DNA of 63,873 nt, the filler included. It is 5 parts of 5 records of this genome, joined end to end, with 100 filler letters (N's around TTAATTAATTAA, not from the genome) between each part and the next. Parts side by side here need not be neighbours in the genome. Positions count along the whole stretch, not along the records: positions 21,798 to 39,990 come from DRR723986_26359; 4 more parts are not named here. One strand, 5' to 3'. Below, piece after piece: positions 29,134 to 37,764 of this stretch. The notes below the pieces were generated by a model that saw only the letters and a list, made by a program, of their open reading frames with translations, made no database searches and was not told the DNA's origin. Within the stretch, counting starts at the first letter, position 1; every line of letters begins with the position of its first letter. The position numbers and the translations under genes are program-made.

Positions 29134-29175
29134 GACTAAAGAATAAAAACAAATAGAAACCACAAAACAAACATT

Positions 29176-29694
29176 ATGAAAACGAACATATTTATTATAG
29201 CATTATCACTTTTAATTAATGTGAATACACAAGCGCAAACAGAACCAAGTTTAGCTATCAACCAAAGAAATTATCACACTGCGGTTGGATTAAGAGTAGG
29301 AGGGACTTCTGGTCTTACAGTTAAACAATTCCTAGGTCAACGTGCGGCCTTAGAAGGTATTTTAGGAGTTTGGCACCATGGATTGTCAGCGACCCTTCTA
29401 TACGAACAGCATGTTCCTACAGGAGCTCCAGGATTAAATTGGTACTACGGTGCTGGTGGTCACGCAGCTTTTAATACAGGACATTCAGTTCATTACCATG
29501 GATACGAAAGGTATGAAAGATATAGAACGGATGAAGTTGGTTTAGGTATAGATGGAATAATTGGACTTGAATATAAAATTAAGCCTATTCCTCTAGCAAT
29601 TAGTTTAGACATGAAACCCTTTGTAGAATTTACCTCTGGCGGACATGTTTGGATGTCATTAGACCCAGCTTTGGGTGTAAAACTAGCCTTCTAA
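29176..29694 (+). CDS. small outer-membrane beta-barrel protein
   Basis: signal peptide; AVGLRVG, GLNWYYGAGGH, GIDGIIGLEY, C-terminal Phe. Confidence 0.8.
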   Translation: MKTNIFIIALSLLINVNTQAQTEPSLAINQRNYHTAVGLRVGGTSGLTVKQFLGQRAALEGILGVWHHGLSATLLYEQHVPTGAPGLNWYYGAGGHAAFNTGHSVHYHGYERYERYRTDEVGLGIDGIIGLEYKIKPIPLAISLDMKPFVEFTSGGHVWMSLDPALGVKLAF

Positions 29695-29711
29695 AATTAG
29701 GAAAGAGTAAC

Positions 29712-29740
29712 AACCCGACACAATAGTGTCGGGTTTTTTT
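29712..29740 (+). terminator. rho-independent terminator
   Basis: AACCCGACAC-AATA-GTGTCGGGTT followed by TTTTT. Confidence 0.85.
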
Positions 29741-29906
29741 GTGGGTTAATGTCAAAGATTATATCCCATGATTCAAACTTAGATAGATTAGCTGTTGATT
29801 TGAATACAACAGCCTTATCACCATATGTAGAGAATTAAGAACAACTGGTCGAGATTTATCGCACGGTATTGTAGGTCGGTTTATTTTTGCTTAAAATTAA
29901 AAAGGA

Positions 29907-30287
29907 ATGAATAATTTATATTGTGAAGCTACAGATATGACGCCAGAAGTGATAGCTGATTTTTCTAAGAAAGAGATTTCAATATCAGGTAAATGTTATC
30001 CAGATAATTCTCGGGAATTTTTTCATCCATTAATGAATTGGGTGAATGAGTTTTTGAGTTTAGGTAACGAATTAGAATCAATAGAGTTTGACTTGGAATA
30101 TTTTAATACTTCATCTTCATTGATTTTACTAGAGATTATGAAAAAACTCAGCACTAAATCTCAGCGAAGCAAAATGATTTGGTTGTATGACGAGGAAGAT
30201 GATGACATGGCCGAAGCCGCTAGCGAATATAATATGCTTATAGGTGATAAATTAATGATCTCTGAAAAGTGCTCAGTGATTGCTTGA
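29907..30287 (+). CDS. SiaC-family (DUF1987) regulatory phosphoprotein
   Basis: TPEV...ISGKCYPDN-EFF-P...LEYFNTSSS...WLYDEEDDDM signature. Confidence 0.85.
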   Translation: MNNLYCEATDMTPEVIADFSKKEISISGKCYPDNSREFFHPLMNWVNEFLSLGNELESIEFDLEYFNTSSSLILLEIMKKLSTKSQRSKMIWLYDEEDDDMAEAASEYNMLIGDKLMISEKCSVIA

Positions 30288-30290
30288 TTT

Positions 30291-31157
30291 TTACTGTTCA
30301 AACCCCGTTATCCCAGCAATCGCAGCATCCACCACCAATTTCATCCTTTTAAAATCTAAAGTGTCAATGGTATCCGTTTTTTCGTGATAATTTGGATTTC
30401 TTAGAAACGCCGTGTTATTGATCATAAGTGCATTTACTCCAATTTGCCAGTAGTTTCTATGGTCTGATAATGTGGCCAACTCGTTGTCATCTGGAAAAAT
30501 AATTTTTTGAACGTCCAGCTCATTTTGGGCATTCATCACTTGGTGAAATTGATTCGCAAATTCAGCAAACTGAACTTTTCCAACAACGATAATAAAGTTT
30601 GCTGTGCTGGGAAACATGGATGCCAATAGTTCATTCGGAAAGTTTTGTGAACCAGGCTCATCATTGAAATAGCCGATCATGTCAAAGCAAATCATCCCTA
30701 AAATGTTGTTGTCATTTTCTTTTATCGATTGGGCATGTACATAGCTTCCCATGTCCGCAGTGCCATAAAAAGGAGGTTCTTCTAAGCTATATGCCACAAA
30801 ATCGATCCCATAGTCGAGTTCAGGGTTTGCCGTTGATATGATTTTAACAGCTTCAAGAAGGGCTGCCATTCCACTTGCATTGTCATCTGCCCCTGGATTG
30901 TTGGCGTAAACATCATAATGGGCGCCAACGATAAGTCGCTTGCTCTTTTCAGGCCGCCAACTTCCGATTATGTTGTGATAATCGTTTCCTCTGGCATTCC
31001 ACGTTTGTCTGGATGTTGAAAGACAATATTGATTAAAGTAATCTTCTAAAAAATTTGCACAAGTATTTAAGGCCTTGAGGTTGCCGAAATGCCTATGTGG
31101 GTTAAAGTTGGTGAAATAACTGACGTGTTCGTATAAAGCTTCCTCGCTTGTTTTCAT
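30291..31157 (-). CDS. M28 family peptidase
   Basis: VGAHYD, PGADDNASG, EEPP, SDH and NPNYH motifs. Confidence 0.9.
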   Translation of the reverse strand: MKTSEEALYEHVSYFTNFNPHRHFGNLKALNTCANFLEDYFNQYCLSTSRQTWNARGNDYHNIIGSWRPEKSKRLIVGAHYDVYANNPGADDNASGMAALLEAVKIISTANPELDYGIDFVAYSLEEPPFYGTADMGSYVHAQSIKENDNNILGMICFDMIGYFNDEPGSQNFPNELLASMFPSTANFIIVVGKVQFAEFANQFHQVMNAQNELDVQKIIFPDDNELATLSDHRNYWQIGVNALMINNTAFLRNPNYHEKTDTIDTLDFKRMKLVVDAAIAGITGFEQ

Positions 31158-31705
31158 GTTGAAATGTCCGATTTAGAGTTAATGTTTTTAAAATAGATAG
31201 GATCAAATGAACGACAATCAAGAATTTTAGGCGCCAAGTCCTCTATTGCCAATAGAATTTTTAATTGATCATGGTGAAGTTGATCTATAAGATACGGCAG
31301 ACAAGATTTTTTATAAACACCAATTAAAGGATGCACCCGTTCCTCATCAGCAGCGATACACACTTGATGGTGAGTTGAATTGTTGATTAAATGGCTAAAC
31401 AGGTCCGACTTAGCGTAAGGGATGTCACAGGTCAGAATTAAATTGGTATCGAATTGCGTATTGGTCAATGCGGAACAAATTCCACTGAGCGGTCCCTTGT
31501 TTTCTACTACATCCTTTTTTACTGGGTATCCAAATTTTTTATAGTTGGAGTTATTCGAAATGATTTGAATATGCGGACTAACTTTTTCAGCTTGCTCAAG
31601 TACATATGAAATCATAGATTGTCCGAACAAGCTCATTAAGCCCTTGTCTTCTCCCATACGACTACTTTTTCCGCCGGCAAGTATGCTAATTCCAAATTCT
31701 TCCAC
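31154..31705 (-). CDS. mobA: molybdenum cofactor guanylyltransferase
   Basis: ILAGGKSSRMGEDKG, GPLSGI, CDIP, FKNINS. Confidence 0.92.
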   Translation of the reverse strand: MEEFGISILAGGKSSRMGEDKGLMSLFGQSMISYVLEQAEKVSPHIQIISNNSNYKKFGYPVKKDVVENKGPLSGICSALTNTQFDTNLILTCDIPYAKSDLFSHLINNSTHHQVCIAADEERVHPLIGVYKKSCLPYLIDQLHHDQLKILLAIEDLAPKILDCRSFDPIYFKNINSKSDIST

Positions 31706-31758
31706 GCGATAATGTAAGGATTTGTAAAGAAAATTTATCGAGATTCAGTAAAAACATA

Positions 31759-32742
31759 CTAACCACCAATGGCAGTCATGCTTCGATTGTCAAATTCAAA
31801 GTTTTCATCATCAAAAGATTTTAATCCTGCACGAGCTGCTTTTTTAGCGCCCATAGCTTTAGAAATGAGTGGAGTAATTTCGTTACCCTGTCTTAAAGCT
31901 GAAAGTAAATCTATTTCGTCATTCGAAAAAAGACAGTTTTTAACTTTTCCATCTGCTGTTAAACGAATCCGATTACAACTATCACAGAAAGGATTCGAAA
32001 TAGAAGAAATAATTCCGAAGTCACCCAGGTATCCTTCAATTTTAAATTTTCGAGCGGTCCCGTTTTTTTCCGTTTCTAAAGAAGAGAATGTTAGGTGACT
32101 ATCTTCAATAATTGTTAAAATTTCCTGATAATCAATTGTTTTCGAGCGATCCCATTTGTTCCCGTCAAAGGGCATGAATTCAATGAATCTGACTGAAATG
32201 TTAAGACCTTTAGTCACCTGAACAAAATCTACGATTTCATCTTCATTGAAGCCTCGCATTAAAACGACATTTAACTTCACGTTAAAACCTCTATCTACCG
32301 CCTCGTGAATATTAGTTAAGACTCTTTCAAAATAGTCTCTGCTCGTAATTTGATTGAACTTTTCTTTACGAAGTGAATCAATACTGATGTTTAATCCGGA
32401 AATCCTTGCGGCAGCCAATTCATTCCAGTACCTGTCCAATAAAATTCCGTTAGTTGTGATATGGATATCTACATGCTGCTCAGCGATAAAACGCAGAATT
32501 TCAGAAAAGTTTTTTTTGATCAATGGTTCACCGCCAGTTAATCGAATTTTTTTTATCCCTAAACTTACAAACTGCCTAACAATAGCGAACAGTTCTTCTT
32601 GAGACATAAATTCTTTTTTATCTCGTAAAGGAATCCCTTCTTCGGGCATACAATAGCTACATCTGAGATTACATCTTTCTAGAAGACTTATCCTCAAATA
32701 ATCATGATGACGATTGTGTGTATCTATTAATATCGGATTCAT
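31759..32742 (-). CDS. moaA: GTP 3',8-cyclase
   Basis: CNLRCSYC radical-SAM motif; FCDSCNRIRLTADG...CL; C-terminal MTAIGG. Confidence 0.97.
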   Translation of the reverse strand: MNPILIDTHNRHHDYLRISLLERCNLRCSYCMPEEGIPLRDKKEFMSQEELFAIVRQFVSLGIKKIRLTGGEPLIKKNFSEILRFIAEQHVDIHITTNGILLDRYWNELAAARISGLNISIDSLRKEKFNQITSRDYFERVLTNIHEAVDRGFNVKLNVVLMRGFNEDEIVDFVQVTKGLNISVRFIEFMPFDGNKWDRSKTIDYQEILTIIEDSHLTFSSLETEKNGTARKFKIEGYLGDFGIISSISNPFCDSCNRIRLTADGKVKNCLFSNDEIDLLSALRQGNEITPLISKAMGAKKAARAGLKSFDDENFEFDNRSMTAIGG

Positions 32743-32745
32743 ATC

Positions 32746-32782
32746 AAAAAAAAAGCCTTCTCACAAAAGTAAGAAGGCTTTT
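32746..32782 (-). terminator. terminator of the lipoprotein gene with a Bacteroidetes -7 box in its loop
   Basis: AAAAGCCTTCT/AGAAGGCTTTT arms, T9 run on the minus strand; TACTTTTG (TAnnTTTG) at 32764-32771. Confidence 0.7.
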
Positions 32783-32797
32783 CAGTATTTGTATTAA

Positions 32798-33175
32798 TTA
32801 TTGATCTTCAATTTCATTAAGTATGACTGGCATTGCTTCGGGACAATTCGATACTCTTCTTGAGTAATCAAAACTGATCACCACTTTTGCGCCATCTTTT
32901 TGATATTTGGTTGGAAGCGATTCAGGATCAAGTACCACCTTTTTACCGTCAATTTCAACCTCTATTACAAAATTGCATCCTCCACCTTCCTGTCCAGCGG
33001 ACATATCTTTAATAATTCCGTCAACGTTGATATGTGCACCAGTTATTTTTTCTTCAGTTTCATTAACAACCTCTTCTGTTGAATTAGTTGTTGAACTTGA
33101 ACCTTCAACTGTAGCTTTACCAGCTCCACAGGAGGATAGAATCACACCAAGTGATAAAAGATAAACCAGTTTCAT
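32798..33175 (-). CDS. lipoprotein, hypothetical
   Basis: lipobox LSSC; GCNFVI...LDPESLP-KYQKDG...C pattern. Confidence 0.75.
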   Translation of the reverse strand: MKLVYLLSLGVILSSCGAGKATVEGSSSTTNSTEEVVNETEEKITGAHINVDGIIKDMSAGQEGGGCNFVIEVEIDGKKVVLDPESLPTKYQKDGAKVVISFDYSRRVSNCPEAMPVILNEIEDQ

Positions 33176-33176
33176 A

Positions 33177-35063
33177 TTAGTTTAAGTATACTTTTTTCGT
33201 CAGTTTGGTGTTGTCTCCAGTCATTCTAATGAAGTAGACTCCGGTAGCATAATCTGGTAAGTTCAACTTAATTTTTTGATCAAGACCACCAACTTTTTCT
33301 GTAGCAATGACTTTTCCTTCAAGAGACATTAATTGAACTGTTACTTCATCATCTTGAATAGAATGCCAAACTGCTGTTAATGAATTTGGATCCTCTTGGT
33401 AAGCGTTGAAGAACGGGTGCTCCACATTGTTTTCTGAATCACCCAATAATTCCCACATAGCAAATGAGAATATTCGAGTCCTTCTTGACGAACCAGCTAA
33501 CCATTCTCCAGTATACCAGAATGTTGCATCATCAGTTGGGTCAACTGACATTTGTGAGTAATCTCCATATCGATTTGCTCCAGTTTGTGAACCTGTACCT
33601 TCAACTGCAATTTGTTCGATTACCGTCATTTCACCTAAAGGATCATCATGATATCTTCCTGTATATCTAAGGCCAGCATATTCATTAGGTCCAGCAAAAG
33701 AATAGGCCATTCCAATATTTCCGTTTAAATCCATTCCAATGCTCGCCATCCAACGAGAATTCCCATCATTTGGAGCATAGGTACCTTCTTGATAAACAGA
33801 CCAAACTCCATCACCCGATTCTCTTAATTCAATCCATCTGATTCCTGCAGTATTGTTACCGTCAACATCAGCAACGGTTGTCATTAAGGCAACATTGTAA
33901 TCAGGGAACATTCTATATTGAACTCTGTACATGAATACTCCTGCTAATGCATCTAGTTTTTGTGAAGTACCTTTTTGTGTGATGTCATCCCATGAGTTGG
34001 TGAAAACTGTGTTTAAGCTATTGATTGTAATCTGCTGATCAATCGTTACATCAGAGTTACTTGGAGTCGTCCAATCTACAGTACATTTAATTGACTTAAT
34101 GTGGTCTGAAGAAACTCCTGACCATGAATTATCTTGAACATGGAAGTAGTAAAATGGAGCATCCATTGCAGGCTCAGTAGTTCCTTCAGCATAAATAGGC
34201 GCATAACTTCTAAAGAAGAAAGGCATACTAGGGAAAGTCATTGTAATTTGACCTGCAGAATTATCACCAACCAACATTTTCTCTCTTTCAAAGATTACAC
34301 AGTTTTGGCTGCCAGAATTAGCAGACATGTAATATCCATTTGACCAAACACCAAACTTCGGATAATCTTTAAATGAATTTTGATTAAAAGAATAAGCATA
34401 ATAAGCTCCAGTTGGATCTGATGTTTCAGAGATAGCAATTAAAATTTCATAAGGTGATGCAGTTTGAAACTGAGAGATGAACCATCTGTCAGCATATCTA
34501 TCATACATAATAATTGGGTCTCCGTCATTTGAAGATCCTGCCCATAATGAACTTAAATTTAGAGATGCACTAACAGAACTTCCTGTTTTATCCCATATTC
34601 TATAGCTAGAATTAATTGCTTGCACATAGTGTTCTGGCCCTGCTGCTCCAGACGGGTCTGGTGGGTAAGAGGAAGTACTCGTTCCGTTAAAATTAGCTTT
34701 GGTCATTCCAGCGCCAGATCTATTTCCCATTTCGAGTTGTGCAACAGGATCTTGGTCGTTGTTTTCTGGAATTCCTAAATCAGTAACTGCCGACCAATCT
34801 GTCCATTTTTTGTCACCAATTTTAGGTTCAGCTTCTTCATCAGCCGCGTGAAATTTCACGTCTTCCATTAATTCTCTTAATGGTGGAGTTTTAATCATAT
34901 AGTTGCACTGCGTGAATACCGGATTCGCTCCAGATGTTCCGTTTTGTGCTTGTGAAAAGGCCTGTCCAGAGAATAGACCTAAAGTAAATAATAATGTAAA
35001 TGTTTTTTTCATGGTACTTGTATTTTCAATAAAGTTAGTGAATTTGTTAGAGATTTCAAGCAA
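33177..35063 (-). CDS. T9SS type-A cargo protein with uncharacterised core domain (start probably 35012)
   Basis: signal peptide MKKTFTLL; PPDPSGAAGPEHYVQ, GDPIIMYD, DYPK, RYGDY motifs; CTD GVYFIRM...TKKVYLN. Confidence 0.8.
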   Translation of the reverse strand: MLEISNKFTNFIENTSTMKKTFTLLFTLGLFSGQAFSQAQNGTSGANPVFTQCNYMIKTPPLRELMEDVKFHAADEEAEPKIGDKKWTDWSAVTDLGIPENNDQDPVAQLEMGNRSGAGMTKANFNGTSTSSYPPDPSGAAGPEHYVQAINSSYRIWDKTGSSVSASLNLSSLWAGSSNDGDPIIMYDRYADRWFISQFQTASPYEILIAISETSDPTGAYYAYSFNQNSFKDYPKFGVWSNGYYMSANSGSQNCVIFEREKMLVGDNSAGQITMTFPSMPFFFRSYAPIYAEGTTEPAMDAPFYYFHVQDNSWSGVSSDHIKSIKCTVDWTTPSNSDVTIDQQITINSLNTVFTNSWDDITQKGTSQKLDALAGVFMYRVQYRMFPDYNVALMTTVADVDGNNTAGIRWIELRESGDGVWSVYQEGTYAPNDGNSRWMASIGMDLNGNIGMAYSFAGPNEYAGLRYTGRYHDDPLGEMTVIEQIAVEGTGSQTGANRYGDYSQMSVDPTDDATFWYTGEWLAGSSRRTRIFSFAMWELLGDSENNVEHPFFNAYQEDPNSLTAVWHSIQDDEVTVQLMSLEGKVIATEKVGGLDQKIKLNLPDYATGVYFIRMTGDNTKLTKKVYLN

Positions 35064-35154
35064 GAACTTAGCTTATTCTTGTAAAGTTATGCCAATAATA
35101 ATTAAAGTTTGACTGAGCACGATTTGCTCATGGATTTTATATCTTCGCTTAAAA

Positions 35155-35931
35155 TTGAAACCTTTGAAGCTTTTCAAAAAGAACATATTTGGGCAGTATA
35201 TTTTTGTCAAAAAGTTGATTATTCGACTTTTTGGGAGTATCGTCTATTTCCGCTTTAATTGGCGATATAAAAACGAAATTGAAGGTCTTGAGGTACTGAA
35301 AGATTTACCTCATCAAAATGTACTTTTCGTGTCCAATCATCAGACTTATTTTGCGGATGTGTCTTACTTTTTTATTTGTTTTCATTCTGCACTTTGGGGA
35401 AGATATAATAATATAAAATTCCCTGGTTTCTTAAAACCAAGACGTCACAATATCTATTACATTGCGGCTGAAGAAACCATGAAAAGTGGGTTCTTACCAA
35501 AGTTGCTGGCTCTTTCAGGTGCAGTGACTGTTCAAAGAGCTTGGAGGTCTAACGGTGAAAATGTCAGAAGAAAAGTGGATCGATCGGCAAATGCCAATAT
35601 TGACAAAGCCTTAGAAGATGGTTGGGTCGTTACTTTTCCTCAGGGTACAACATCCCCTTTTGCTAAAGGTCGAGTAGGTACGGCAATATTAATGAAACAA
35701 CATAGACCTGTTGTTGTTCCAATAGTGATTGATGGCTTTAGAAGGTCTTTTGATAAAAAAGGATTAAAAACCAAGAAAACTAAGTCAACTCTGAAGTTGA
35801 AAATGAAACCACCTTTAGAAATTGATTATTCTAAAACAGTCGAAGAGATTTTAGAACAAGTAATGGATGCGATTGAGCAATCACCAAAATTCAATTTTTC
35901 TCAAGAAGTAAAAAAAGAGCCCGTTGATTAA
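35155..35931 (+). CDS. lysophospholipid acyltransferase (PlsC family)
   Basis: VSNHQTYFAD, FPQGT, VVPIVIDG. Confidence 0.88.
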   Translation: MKPLKLFKKNIFGQYIFVKKLIIRLFGSIVYFRFNWRYKNEIEGLEVLKDLPHQNVLFVSNHQTYFADVSYFFICFHSALWGRYNNIKFPGFLKPRRHNIYYIAAEETMKSGFLPKLLALSGAVTVQRAWRSNGENVRRKVDRSANANIDKALEDGWVVTFPQGTTSPFAKGRVGTAILMKQHRPVVVPIVIDGFRRSFDKKGLKTKKTKSTLKLKMKPPLEIDYSKTVEEILEQVMDAIEQSPKFNFSQEVKKEPVD

Positions 35932-35945
35932 CGAGCTCTAAAAGT

Positions 35946-37658
35946 TTAATAACTTGCTAAGTTGACGATTTGTGTTTTGTCATACTTGACCGTATATTTT
36001 ATCGTGTAAACTTTAGAATCAGATGGTTTTAATCGTGACTGCCATTCAAGTATTCCAGTGATTTCATCCAGATCTGCTCTGCTGATATCATCCAATTCAA
36101 CTTCTATTTCTTTGTTTCTTGAAACTGGAATTTGGTCTTGTGTAATTAACTTGATGGTTTTGTTTTTATGATTTTTAATCTCGATTCGATAAGCCATAGT
36201 CTTAACAATTTTATCACCAACAATTTTTTCCTTTGAGTCATTTTTAAGTAAAGTCCTTTTGATTACCAAATTTGGATCTTTGCCTAAACTTAAGTCTAAG
36301 GTATCGTTCATTGTGTTCGGACTGATATAGGTATTTCCTAAATACGCCCCGTCATGGAATAAATTTGCTTTCCCCGGAATTAAATTTAGTTCGCCCAAAT
36401 CGGTGATTCTGGCTACCATATATACAGATAAATCAAGCTTTGGTATGGCGTAGTACATGTACTCAGTATTCAAAGTTTTTGTATTGACCAAAACCATGTT
36501 TTTCTCATTGTCCGATTTAATGGTGTAGGGTAGGTCAATCTCATATTCTACTGATATGAGTTGCTCGATCATTGTCGTAAAATTTTCGGCGGTTAATGCG
36601 TCAAAATCATCTTCTGCCAGCTCCAATTCCTGTCTGTCTTTTGTAGCTTTTTTAAGGTCTGGTGAATATGCAGTTGAAGGCGCGTTTTTTGATCCTTGTT
36701 GTGATTCGTTGTAATAGTTGTTTCTGTAAGTGTAGTAATCTAAATACCAAGGGTATAGTGTAGGTTTAGTTTTGTTTGCATAAGGATTGTTAGTTGACAG
36801 ATTTAGCTTCACACCTTCCCAATCTACCCCCGTGTTCTGATGTACATGTGCTTTATAAGTTAAATCAATTTTATTGGCAGCAGCGGATGATCTTAGATCG
36901 TACATGGGTATCCATCCGGCGTTGTTCACTAAATAAGAAAGCTTCACTCTGCCTGTAGCTGATTCTTTTGAAGAAATAGTGATTTTTATTTGATGTACAG
37001 GTGGTTTGGGTGGATTGTTAACGTAGTTGTTGTTAGAATTGTAATTCTGCAAAGTAGCTAATCGCGTGTTCTTTTTATTAAGATCTTTTGTAATGATAGC
37101 TTTTTGTCTATCCAACTTTAAAAGCTGGACATTAATTTCATTCATCTTTGCGTGATAAAATGCAATGGCATCTTTTAATAAAGGAATGGAGTCGTTCACC
37201 TTACCTTCACCTTTAATTGTGCCGTTGTTTTCAATAATCCGCTTCTCACTATTCAATACATCCATTTTATATTGTATTTCGGATAAATCATAAGAGATAT
37301 CAAAAATTGAGTCGGTGAGGAGGTTGATTTCTTTTAAGATTTTTGGTGGTATCCCGTTTACTGGATTTACTATAGGGTCTGGTTCAGGGTAAAATACTGA
37401 GTATTTAGAATCAAGAATAATAATACTTCCAGTCGCCTGTACTTGTAAACTATTCGGGTCTATATTTGGACTTATACCTTCTATTACAAGAGTAGATATT
37501 CCTTTTGAAACAGAGTAAGAGGCTTTTCTCTCTACCTGAGCTCCTTGCGTGTATACTGTAACTTCTTTTATAGTTGACTTGATAACCGTTTCTTTCTCTG
37601 CAAAACTTGTCATTTGCAAAAGTGTAGCGGCTATAATAGTGATGTATGCTTTTTTCAT
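35946..37658 (-). CDS. DUF4140/DUF4139 (MuiA-like) protein
   Basis: IKEVTVYTQGAQVER; AGWIPMYDLR; QNTGVDW; LSLGKDP; DQIPVS. Confidence 0.88.
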   Translation of the reverse strand: MKKAYITIIAATLLQMTSFAEKETVIKSTIKEVTVYTQGAQVERKASYSVSKGISTLVIEGISPNIDPNSLQVQATGSIIILDSKYSVFYPEPDPIVNPVNGIPPKILKEINLLTDSIFDISYDLSEIQYKMDVLNSEKRIIENNGTIKGEGKVNDSIPLLKDAIAFYHAKMNEINVQLLKLDRQKAIITKDLNKKNTRLATLQNYNSNNNYVNNPPKPPVHQIKITISSKESATGRVKLSYLVNNAGWIPMYDLRSSAAANKIDLTYKAHVHQNTGVDWEGVKLNLSTNNPYANKTKPTLYPWYLDYYTYRNNYYNESQQGSKNAPSTAYSPDLKKATKDRQELELAEDDFDALTAENFTTMIEQLISVEYEIDLPYTIKSDNEKNMVLVNTKTLNTEYMYYAIPKLDLSVYMVARITDLGELNLIPGKANLFHDGAYLGNTYISPNTMNDTLDLSLGKDPNLVIKRTLLKNDSKEKIVGDKIVKTMAYRIEIKNHKNKTIKLITQDQIPVSRNKEIEVELDDISRADLDEITGILEWQSRLKPSDSKVYTIKYTVKYDKTQIVNLASY

Positions 37659-37711
37659 TGTTGTCGGTTTCTATGTTTGAATAGAATTACAATAACATGA
37701 AAAAAAGGTTC

Positions 37712-37745
37712 AAAAAAAAAGCCTTTGCAAACTGCAAAGGCTTTT
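37712..37745 (-). terminator. terminator after gldJ
   Basis: AAAAGCCTTTGCA-AAC-TGCAAAGGCTTTT with T9 run on the minus strand. Confidence 0.8.
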
Positions 37746-37764
37746 AAATATTGTTGTGAATGGT

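Noticed and set aside
29859..29873. TCGCACGGTATTGTA as a third sigma54 promoter before the SiaC-like gene
   Set aside because: It lacks the invariant GG at -24 and has no twin TTCAAWTTGAA enhancer upstream.
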